From assembly GCF_963921235.1 (NCBI RefSeq), contig NC_086117.1, forward strand, positions 43,214,001 to 43,278,000: a stretch of DNA of 64,000 nt, read 5' to 3'. Below are positions 51,903 through 62,324 of this stretch, piece after piece. The notes under the pieces were generated by a model that saw only the letters and a list, made by a program, of their open reading frames with translations, was not told the DNA's origin and ran no database searches. Position numbers and translations under genes: made by a program. This DNA is from Mobula hypostoma (Eukaryota). Within the stretch, counting starts at the first letter, position 1. Each line of letters starts with the position of its first letter.

Positions 51903-53790
51903 TACAATGGATTCTGGCTAATTGGGACACACAGAGACCAGGACATCTTGGCATAATTATTCAGCTTCTCCAATTAGCTGAAGTTTCATGGAAATACTTA
52001 AAAAGGTATAAAAAAGAAACAACTGTTTAGCTGAGTAACAATTTATGTATCTGGATTAAATACATCACAAATTGGAACACTACCAATACCTCTACAGTAT
52101 TACAAAACTGTATTAGTTCCTAATACACGTTTCCCCCGCCATCCGAAGGTAGAGCGTTCCTATGAAACGGTTCGTGAGCCGAAATGCCGTAAAGCGAAGA
52201 AGCAATTACCATTTATTTATATGGGAAAATTTTGTAGGCGTTCGCAGACCCAAAAATAACCTACCAAAATCATGCCAAATAACACATAAAACCTAAAATA
52301 ACAGTAACATATAGTAAAAGCAGGAATGATATGATAAATACACAGCCTATATAAAGTAGAAATACTTCTCCACAATCATTACTGAACTGTTCTCCGAAGC
52401 AAAAATCTCACGCAAGCGCCGTCGGCAGAAAATCTCACGCAAGCGCTGTTGGCAAAAACACACGCAAGCGCTCTCCAGTAACCTTTAAGCTATGAAGCTG
52501 CTAAATCATACCAAATAACACGTAAAAATACCCGGCTGGTATAAAGTAGAAATAGCGTATGTACAGTGTAGTATCACTTACGGGAATCGGGACAGCGCCG
52601 AGCACACTGATGATGGTGTGTTAGACTGAGTCGTCGGAGTTTGGGTAGTGCAGTGGACCCCACCTTCCAGGCCGCGGATCGATACATTGCCACGAAGAAC
52701 GCAGGGGTCCAGCGGTAGCCGGGAGGTACACAGCATATCTTTGAGAAAAAAGCCGAAACAAACACGCTAATTAATTAGGTGCCACCTGTAATTGTCGGCC
52801 CAGATCAGTGCCGATTTCCGATTGCATCGTCTCTGAGCTGGGCCGACAATTACGTGTCATAGAACATAGAATAGTACAGCACAGTATAGGCCCTTCGGCC
52901 CACAATGTTGTGCCGACCCTCAAACCCTACCTCCCATATAAGCCCCCACCTTAGATTCCTCCATATACCTGTCTAATAGTCTCTTAGCAGTCGGCAGCAC
53001 CAAATTCACCATGATCAAAACGCTTAATTATGACTAGTTTTACCATAAGTGTAACACCCTTACAAGCTCTTTCAGGCTTTTCCGATACCATAGAACTCAT
53101 CTTGCAAACGGCTGCTCACAGGCTCATGTTTAAGCAATGCCGGTGAGAATCCAGGGGAGAGCAGCTGCTCCGGGCGCGCTGCCTTTTATCGCGCGCTGAA
53201 TTTTTTTTCCGTAACAGTGAAAACACCTTCTGAAAGCGAAAATAGGGTACTAATGTAGGTCTTTCGTAACAGTGAGGTTTCATAAAGAGAACATTCGAAA
53301 AGCGGGGGACACCTGTATTTATTGAAGGAGGAATTCATCCTGTGTACATTGCTGTGTTCTCCTGATTGACTGTAAATGAACAAAAGCAGCCCAGACACCT
53401 AGTGCAGATAATGGACTGCCTTCATGCAAAGGTTTCAGTGATCACACCCTCCAAACCTTCATTTTCATTATAACATTCAGGATGATTGTCCTGAAGTAGT
53501 GAAATGGTTTCATTTTCACTCCCGGCTGTTTCTACATCTCCACCCCTGAATTCTTGAAAAAGCAGTGAGCAAAACAGTTCCGAATTGTCTTACAACTTAT
53601 TTCTCACCAAACATCAGTGACAAAAACCACTGCTTTTTGAACACAAACACATGCAAATGATGCTACTTAAAAACTGTTCAGGGCATGCTGTAATGTCTAA
53701 CAGACATACAAGTGCACGCAACTGAGGGTCATTAGAAACTGTTCAGCAAGTTTCCTGTCCCAATTAAACAGCATAGTATCCCAAATAAAT
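51903..53790. mobile_element. Old Tigger-like DNA transposon remnant hosting a younger element
   Basis: TACAATGGATTCTGGCTAATTGGGACAC at the left end; inverted GTCCCAATTAA / ATCCCAAATAA near 53760-53790. Confidence 0.55.
52126..53315. mobile_element. Non-autonomous Tc1/mariner-pogo (Tigger-like) element
   Basis: TA flanks; imperfect TIRs CACGTTTCCCCCGCCATCCGAA / TTCGAAAAGCGGGGGACACCTG with subterminal TATGAAAC/GTTTCATA. CpG-rich. Nested CR1 3' end at ~52858-52985. Confidence 0.8.
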
Positions 53791-55107
53791 GAAGGAATTC
53801 CCAGCTATTTTCTTGATGGAAGGTGGTAATGCAATTGATTCCTAAAAGGACTACACTGTCTTGTGAATTCTGTGCCTGTTCAGCTGGGGCCTAAAATTAT
53901 TGTAATGTAATGACCGCAATCTTCCTTCTCATACCAGCTATGGCTTTGTTTGGTGAACTCCCTATTGATTCTCACAGATTTCAGCTTTAAATGTTACATA
54001 GACATCACTATCACTCACCCTTTAGAATACAGCTTATTTGCCAGTATTTTGATTGAAGCTGTGTTGAAGTCCAGAACCTAGTGAGTTACATTAAACATTG
54101 TCTGAATTATTAGTGAGTTAATTAGCACTTGGTAGTGCATTATAGAGCCAGTGATTGAGATTAGTCTGATATAACATAGAATAGTAAGCACTGTACAGGG
54201 CCTTTGGCAATTCCAAAGATCAATGTAACTCTTCCCTCCCATCCTCCCCATAGGCTGAAATGTTTATAATCATCACATTGAAATTCCAGATTGATTATGA
54301 TTTACTGCTTCTGTATGAAGTTCCCACCATCAGAGAAGCTGGTGTTCAGCTCACTTGATTTCTTCATATGCATGAATAACTAATTTAAATGCAGCAAAAG
54401 TTAACGGTCTTGGTAAAGTTCACATGGGAGGCAAAGATTTCTGCATCAGAAGTAGACACGTTGCAGCCTTGTATCTTCAACAGTGGCACCTACCTAACAA
54501 TGTACAGTACTCTCCAGGAATATTCCAGGTATGCCAGCCAATTGCATATTAGCATTTATAATTTTTTTTTAACATTCTTAACGCTGATGCATACCCCACA
54601 ACCAAACTTTGCAGGCTTCATACACAGTAAACTGCTGAACTATCATGCATGATATTCAGTGATACAGCATCTCATCTTTTACAGCATAAAATGATTCATA
54701 ATTGAAAGTTAATAGCACCCTGCTACTAGGGAAATGGCTTGCTGCAGGACTTCACCTGCTCAAAGAAAAGTGTTTGGTTTTACAGGAGTTGCAAATGCTG
54801 AGGGTATAATCAGATATGTAGCTGTCACAAAGAATAACGGTAATAAAAACGGAAAATGCTCAAAACACTCAGCAAGCCAGGCAGCAACTCTGGAAAGAGG
54901 CAATTAACTTTTCAGTTTTAAAATCTTTCACCAGCAATAGAAAAGTGAGAAAACGGGTTAGTTTCAAGAAAGGATTAAACAGGACAAGATAAATATCTCT
55001 ATTAGAAAAAGGCCAATGTCATCCAAACAATTCCAATATTTATGGAAGCATTTGTAGCTAAGTAACACCCTCGCTCACTGTTATTCTAAATATCAGACAA
55101 AACATAC

Positions 55108-55290
55108 CTGTGAGACTTGTAACTTAAATTACTTCTTGCATATAACGCATATATACTCGCTGATTTGTTTTCAAGATCATACATGTTGTGTATCCGAACT
55201 GGACAAGAGCTTGAAGCTGTTTCTCTCTCGGCCGATAGTAGGATTCCCACTGACGAGCCCCAATTCACGGCGACAAAATGGCGGCAGCAG
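55108..55290 (-). other. Candidate non-coding first exon on the minus strand
   Basis: Starts near GCCGCCATTTTG in the CpG-rich region and ends at the donor CAG|GTATGT (55108/55107). The 5' end is approximate. Confidence 0.5.
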
Positions 55291-55460
55291 CACCTGCTCC
55301 GCCACCGCGTGCCGCAAAGCGGCTGCGAAACGGTCACGTGGTACGGGCCGTGCGGCATGGCGCTCCGGGGCCTGGGCTGGACTGTGGCTTTCACAGCGAC
55401 GACGTTTTTCTTTACAGGTACGGGGTTGATGTGGAAAAGCGCACGTCAGTGGCTTTAGGT
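55225..55460. promoter_or_regulatory. CpG-island-like, probably bidirectional promoter
   Basis: The only non-repeat CpG-dense tract in the window. YY1 motif CAAAATGGCGGC (55274-55285), E-box GTCACGTGG (55333-55341), CACGTCA (~55442). Splice donors point outward on both strands. Confidence 0.8.
55357..55417 (+). CDS. Probable first coding exon of a plus-strand gene (signal-peptide reading; alternative start at 55278)
   Basis: gcggcATGG Kozak, MALRGLGWTVAFTATTFFFT+G, phase-1 donor CAG|GTACGG. An alternative frame from 55278 gives MAAAAPAPPPRAAKRLRNG..DVFLY(R) at the same donor in phase 2. No downstream exon found in the window. Confidence 0.55.
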
Positions 55461-56464
55461 TTAAACAACGTGTGGAATGATAGTTACTTAATTGCTATTC
55501 AATATCAAAACGGGAAAATGTCTTCAAAGCGTCAGTGTCGTCGAGGTCAGCTCGTTTCCGAGAATCTCTGTGGCATACCTTTCGACAAGATCATTGCTTG
55601 GAAACACCTATGATAAATAAGTGTGCAAAGTGCATGAATCATTCAAGATTGGTTAATATACAGAACGCAAGTGAGACAGAGAACAAAATGGTTGTTACTG
55701 CAGCTCTGATACAGCACAAAAAAAACCCACAATAAGATAAAGAAAACAATAATAATAATAAAAACACAAAAAATACAAATAGGTAAGGTAGCTGCGAAAT
55801 TGGTTGTATGTCCGTAAAGTGTCTGTACATCAGGTGACCGACAGGAAAAAATAAAGTAGTGGTGGTTGGTGCAGTGAAGGGGTGGGTTAGTTGTTAGAGG
55901 TGTTGATTAGTCTTACTGCTGTGGAAAGTAACTTTTTGAATCTGGTGGTCCTAGCATAGATGCTATGTAGTCACCTTCCTGATGGGAGCCCATGAGCAGG
56001 GTAGGTGCTGTTGCTTCATGATGTTACTGGTCCTCTTCTGGCAGCTCTGTGTATATATGTCCTTGATGGCTGTTAGGCTGTTGTGGGTGATGTGTTGGGC
56101 AATTTTGACACCACCCATCTTAGAGCCTTCCTGTCCTCCACAGTTCAGTTTCCATACCTTGCAGTGTTGCTGCTTGTTAAGATGTTCTCTACCGCACATC
56201 TGTAAAAATGAGCTGAATGTAGGTGTGCATAGTCTAGCTCTCTTCAACATTCTCAGAAAGTAGAGGTTTCAGTGAGCTTTCCTGATTGTGTAAAATGTGT
56301 TCTGGGACCATGAGAGTTTGTGCGAGACGTGCGCTCCCAGGAGTTTGAAACTGCGTGCAGTCTCCACTGTTGTAGAGCTGATATAAAGAGGGGAGTGAGT
56401 GGTGCGAATTTTCTTGAATTCAGTAATTATCTCCTGAGGTACAGGCATCTGCAAGCACACTCAT

Positions 56465-57200
56465 TCTCAGTTGCTATGAAATTTTGAACTGTTTTAGTGG
56501 TGTTTAGTATTATGACTTTTTGGAGATTTACATAAATACTGCTATGTAGGACTAATTGTTTAATGCTGTTGTGTAATGACTTGGGGATGATTCCAGTTGT
56601 AGATATTACTATTCAGACAATGTATACTCCATTCATGTTTCATAGTCCTTTAATTAAGCATATTTCTTGTGTTTTTCACTTATTGATTTCTGTATGTTAT
56701 GTGTGTTTGGAATAGGTATATCTATTAAGTTGTTCTTGCTTGTTTTATCCTGTAATATTAGATCTGGACAGTGATTATAGGTTGTCCTATCTGTAATAAT
56801 GGATTGGTTGTAACAAAATTTATAGGACTCAGACTCTAAAACTGGATCAGGCTTGACATTATAGTAAGATACGGGGTGCAGTTTATGAGTTTGTATTTTA
56901 AAGCAAGATTTTGGTGAATTATGTTTGCCGCTTGATAGTGCCTGTATAAGTAACCAAATTGATTTAAGCTGCTGTAATCCTGTAATATGTTGGATTGTTT
57001 CTGGTTTCTCTTGGTATTTTCCGCATTTATCGTCCTGAATTTGTTGTTTTTTTATTATGTATTTTTGATAATTTTTTGTATTGGCCACCTGGCCACGTAT
57101 TGCCACAAGGAATTCCCCTGTTCTGGGAAAAACTCTTCAACTCTGAGCCAGGCATTCGTCACTTCCATGTCAACATCAGGTCGTGAGGATGTCTCCCATG
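56465..57200 (-). mobile_element. RLE-type non-LTR retrotransposon remnant (R4/Dong-like)
   Basis: AIRGQV.NT.NY..DKC...E.ETIQHITG (CCHC knuckle remnant) followed by PDLIL.D...IDIPIP..EKHKKY (restriction-like endonuclease PD..D motif). Confidence 0.75.
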
Positions 57201-58254
57201 GTGGGTCCATAAGACCATAAGTTTTTGTGCAGAATTAGGCCATTTGGCTCATCAAGTGTACTCCACCATTTCATCATGGCTAATCCAATTTTCCTCTCAG
57301 CCCCAATCTTATGCCTTCTCCCCATATCCCTTCATGCCCTGACAAGTCGAGAATCTATCAACCTCTGCCTTAAATACACATAAAGACTTGGCCTCCACAG
57401 CTGCAAAGAGTTCTACAGATTTTCCACTCTCTGGCTAAAGAAATTCCTCCTCATCTCCATTCTAAAAGGACACCCGTCTATTCTGAGGCTACGTCCACTG
57501 GTCTTAGACTCTCCCACTATTAAAAATATCCTCTTCACATCCACTCTATCAAGGCCTTTCATCATTCAATCATCCCTCATTCTTCTGAATTCCAGTGAAT
57601 ACAAACTGAGCCATCAAACATTCTTCAGATGACAAGCCATTCAATCCTGGAATTATTTTTTGTGAATCTCCTTTGAACCCTCTCCAGTTTCAGTATATCC
57701 TTTCTAAGATAAGGGGCCCAAACCTGCACACAATACTTGAAGTGAGGCCTCACCAGTGCTTTATAAAGTTTCAGCATTACATCCTTGCCTTTATATTCTA
57801 GTCCATTTGAAATGAATGCTAACCTTTCAATTGCCTTCCTCACCACAGACTGAACCTGCAAATTAACCTTTAGGGAATCCTGCACAAGGACTGCTAAGTC
57901 CATTTGCACGTCAGTTTTTTTGAATTTTCTCTCTATTTAGAAAATAGTCACCCCTTTATTTCTTCTACCAAAGTGCATGACCATACATTTCCTGACACTG
58001 TATTTCATCTGCCATTTCTTTGCCCATTCTCCTAATCTGTTGTAAGCCCTTCTGTAGCCGCTCTACTCCCTCAAAACTACCTGCCCCTCCAGCTATCTTC
58101 ATATCATCTGTAAACTTTACAATAAAGCCTTCAATTCCATCATCTAAATCATTAGCATATAACGTAGAGTTTAAAGAATCTGTCCCAACACAGACCCCTG
58201 TGGAACACCACTGGAAGCTAGAAAAGGTAGCCAGAAAAGGCTCCTTTTATTCCC

Positions 58255-60522
58255 AGCAACACTTTCAGTATGCTGGATGAATTCAGCAGGTCGGGCAGCA
58301 TTAGTTAGAAATGATGAGTTGACATTTCGGGCCAGAACCCCTCGTCAGGACTGAAGAATGAAAGATGGGGAAGGATTTGAAGACTGTGTAACTTCAGTTG
58401 AAAGACCAGTAATTTGAAAGACAAAGAGGTGGGGGGGGGGAGCATTGACGTTATAGCCCTGAAAACAATGGGTAGTAGAAGAAGGAGGCGGAACCATGAG
58501 GGAGCTGGGGGAGGGGATAGAGTGAAATAGGGATAGGGGAAGGGATGGGGAGGGAATTGCCGGAAGTTGGAGAATTCTATGTTCACACCAAGGAGCTGGA
58601 GACTACCGAGACGGTATATGAGGTGTTGCTGCTCCAACCTGAGTTTAGACTCATCATGGCAGTAGAGGAGGCCATGTATGGACATATCTGAATGGGAATG
58701 GGAAGCAGAGTTCAAGTGGGTGGCTACCGGGAGATCCTGTCTGTTGTGGCGGACAGAGTGGAGGCGCTCGACGAAGCGGTCCCCCAATCTGCGTCGGGTT
58801 TCACCAATGTAGAGGAGGCCGCACCGGGAGCACCGGTTGCAATAGATGACCCCAACAGACTCACAACTGAAGTGTTGTCTCCACTGGGAGGGACAATTTG
58901 GGGTCCTGAATGGTTGCAAGAGATGAGGTGTAGGGACAGGTGTAGCACTTACGCTTACAGGGATAAGTGCCGGGTTGGAGATCAGCGGGGATGGACGTGC
59001 GGATAAGGGAGTCACGGAGGGACTGATCCCTGCGGAAAGTGGAGAGGGGTGGAGAGGGAAAGATGTGCTTAGTGGTGGGGTCCTGTTGAAGGTGGCGGAA
59101 GTTGTGGAGGATAATGTGCCGGATCCGGAGGCTGGTGGGGTGGCAGGTACTCTGTCCCTGTTGTGGTTGTGGGAGGATGGGGTGAGGGCCGAAGTGTGGG
59201 AAATGGAGGAGATGCGGGTGAGGGCATCATTGATGACTGTGGAAGGGAAACCACGATCCTTAAAGAAAGAGGACATTTGAGATGTCCTGGAACGGAAAGC
59301 CTCATCCTCAGAGTAGATGCGGCAGAGACGGAGGAACTGAGAATAGGGAATGGCATTGTTGCATGCGGCAGGTTGGGAAGAGGTATAGTCAATAGACAAT
59401 AGAGAATAGGTGCAGGAGTAGGCCATTCGGACCTTGGAGCCATCAAGTTAGTTATGAGAGTCAGTGGGCTTGTAGAAGATGTCAGTGGACAGTCTGTCTC
59501 CGGAGATGGAGACCGAGACATCGAGAAAGGGGAGAGAAGTGTCCGAGATAGACCAAGTGAATTTGAGGGCTGGGTGGAAGTTTGAAGTAAAGTCGATGAA
59601 GTTGACGAGCTCAGCATGGGTGCAGGAAGCAGCACCGATGTAGTCGTCAATGTACCGAAGGAAAAGTTGGGGAGCAGTACCAGAATAGGATTGGAGCACA
59701 GACTGTTCCACATAACCAACGAAGAGGCAGGCGTAGCTGGGTCCCATGCGAGTTCCCATAGCTACACCGTTAGTCTGAAGAAAGTGGGAAGAGCTAAAAG
59801 AGAAGTTATTAAGTGTGAGAACCAGTTCTGCCAACCGGAGGAGGGTAGTGGTGGTGGGGAACTGGTGAGGTCTATTATCCAGGAAGTAGCAGAGGGCTTT
59901 GAGGCCTTCCTGATGGGGAATGGAGGTCTATAAGGATTGGATGTCCATGGTAAAAATTTAGCGGTTAGGTCGAGCACCTCCACTCTGTCCGCCACAACAG
60001 ACAGGATCTCCCGGTAGCCACCCACTTCAACTCTGCTTCCCATTCCCATTCAGATATGTCCATACATGGCCTCCTCTACTGCCATGATGAGGCTAAACTC
60101 AGGTTGGAGGAGCAACACCTCATATACCGTCTAGCTAGTCTCCAGCCCTTTGGTGTGAACATAGAATTCTCCAACTTCCGGTAATTCCCTCACCCTCCCT
60201 TCCTCTATCCCTATTTCACTCTACCACTCCCCCAGCTCCCTCATGGTTCTGCCGCCTTCTACTACCCACTGTTTTCAGGGCTATGACGTCAATGCTTCCC
60301 CTCCCCCACCCCTTTGTCTTTCAAATTACTGGTCTTTCAACTGAAGCTACAAGCATTCTTCAAATCCTTCCCCATCTTTCATTCTTCAGTCCTGACGAAG
60401 GGTTCCGGCGCGAAACGTCAACTTATCGCTTCTAGCTGATGCTGCCCGACCGGCTGAGTTCATCCAGCGTACTGAAAGTGTTGCTTTGATCACAGCATCT
60501 GCAGATTATTTTGTGTTTATGA
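58255..60522 (-). mobile_element. 5'-truncated Penelope-like element with an inverted pLTR at its 5' side
   Basis: RT motifs LQTNGVAMGTRMGPSYA..FLRYIDD..LPFLD and GIY-YIG GVIYC.RC..YIGET. pLTR at 58255-58600 (-) and inverted copy at ~59968-60522 (+). 13-14 bp TSD TCCTTTTATTCCC(A) at 58242 and 60523. Hammerhead motifs at 58317-58352 (-) and 60388-60423 (+). Confidence 0.93.
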
Positions 60523-61159
60523 TCCTTTTATTCCCACTATTTGCCTCCTCTCAATCAGCCACTGCTTTGTCCGTGCTAGGATCTTTCCTGTAATACCATG
60601 GGCTCGTAGCTTGTTAAGCAGCTTCGTGTGACACCTTGTCAAAATCCAAGTACACAACATCTACCTTTTCTCCTTTGTCTATCCTGCTTGTTACTTTTTC
60701 AAAGAATTCCAACAGATTTGCCAGGCAAGATTTTCCATTGAAACCATGCTGACTACGTCTCTAGTGGGCTCAACCACGAGCTTTCCAAAAAGACATCTCA
60801 TAGGCACTCTAGAAATTTCCCCTCCTGTATCCAGCACCAACCTGATTTTCCCAGTCTACCTGCATATTGAAGTCCCCCATGACTATTGTAACATTGCCCT
60901 TTGGTATGCTTTTTCTGCCTCTTATTGTAATTTGTAGGGAAAATTCTTACTACTGTTTGGGGACCTGTATACAACTCCCATCAAGGTCTTTCTACCCTTG
61001 AGTTCCTAAGTTCTATCCCCAACGATTCAACATCTTCTATGTCACCTCTTTCTAATGATTGGATTTAATTTGTTACCAACAGAGCAATGCCGTCCCTTTG
61101 CCTTCCTGCCTATCTTTTCGATACAATATGTAACCTTGGATATTAAGCTACCAGTTATA

Positions 61160-61729
61160 GTTGTTCAGTTGTTTGTCCATTGTCAATGTCGATAAGGACT
61201 TCGACACCATTATGATGGTGTCGAGACTAGCACTTGATTTGGATTTAAGTGAGGGAGAGTTGCGCAGCGTCAGCCTCACTCTCTCTTTCCATTTCCCACC
61301 TGGATCCAGTGGCAAGACAGAGTCGAGATGGCTGGAGATGGGACTAGGCGCAGTGGATGACTGGGACGTCTACTGTGTCTTGTCCTGCTCTACACGTTCC
61401 ACGACGCTTGCAGAGACCACCTTCTTGACCGTTGGATCTTCCATTGGTCTCGTCTGGTCAATCCACCGGAGTCTGTCTTCACATGCTGGAATAGACAACT
61501 CCCTATCTCACCGAGGGTTTGAGACCCTTTGGCTCCCCTCGCCTGGTTTAGCCAGCTTGTCAAAGCTGTTGCCCGGGGTGTGGCAGCTGTCACATGCAAA
61601 CAGCTACAAGGAGCCACAGGTGAGAGCTGAGTGCCAGGTGGGGACCAAAAATAGACTAACCGCCTTGAAAAGGACGCGACATGTTCCCCCACCAGAGGTG
61701 ATACCCCTCCCTGACACCCCTTACACCCC
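61160..61729 (-). mobile_element. 570-bp non-coding retroposon (probably RTE-related, non-autonomous)
   Basis: 10-bp TSD ACCAGTTATA (61150-61159, 61730-61739) in the CR1 EN region. 3' hairpin TCGACACCAT/ATGGTGTCGA and CAA-rich tail. No tRNA head, no TE-like ORF. Confidence 0.85.
61538..61729 (-). ncRNA. HDV-like self-cleaving ribozyme at the 5' end of the retroposon
   Basis: P1 GGGGUGU/ACACCCC, P2 CUCACCUGU/ACCAGGCGAG, P3 GGC/GCC, U-CC/GG P1.1, P4 CAGCUU/AAGCUG, J4/2 GCUAA (candidate catalytic C at 61551). Correct nested double-pseudoknot order. Confidence 0.75.
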
Positions 61730-62324
61730 ACCAGTTATAATATTTCAGCCATGATTCAGTGATGCCTACAACATCATACCTGCTAATCTGCAACTGTGCT
61801 GCAAGTTCATCTACCTTATTCCTTATACTGCGTGCATTCAGATACAACACCATCAGTCCAGTATTCACCCTTTTTGATTTTGTTCACCTTTTACATTGCA
61901 ACTCATCCTGTTGATTGCAATTTTGCCCAATGAACACCCTCTTCTCACTAGACATTGCTTCTGTTTGGTGAACCAGCTACCTCATCTTCAGCACTATGAC
62001 CTGCCTTTCTTACGATACTTCTTGCATTGAAATATAGGCAACTCAGGTCACTAGTTGCACCATGCGCAACCTTTTGATTCCTGTCTTTGTCTGAGGTTTT
62101 ACCAACATTTCCCTCCGCAACCTCTCAACTAACTGTTCTGACACTCTTTTCCCAACGCCCTGCAACTCTAGCTTTAATCCCACCATGCAGCATTAACAAC
62201 CACACCCCACACCCCAGTTCAGGTGCGAACCGTCCCTCTGTACAAGTCCCACCTTCTCTGAAAGACAGCCCAATGATCCAAAAATCTTATGCCCTCCCTC
62301 CTACGCAAATCCTTAGCCACTTAT

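Larger units (their letters stand above)
57210..62320 (-). mobile_element. Decayed CR1 LINE (minus) split by PLE and ribozyme-retroposon insertions
   Basis: RT C-terminus at 57210-58254 continues at 60523-61159 and 61730-62320 (LYLNARSIRNK..GITESWL, EN N-terminus). Confidence 0.9.

Noticed and set aside
55357-55417. Calling the plus-strand gene LAMP1/LAMP2 or ATP6AP2 from exon size and E-box
   Set aside because: Signal peptides are not diagnostic and no further exon is present in the window.
58305-59426. 373-aa ORF, the longest in the track
   Set aside because: A frameshifted Penelope RT-thumb/GIY-YIG read-through starting in a CR1 insertion; not a host gene.
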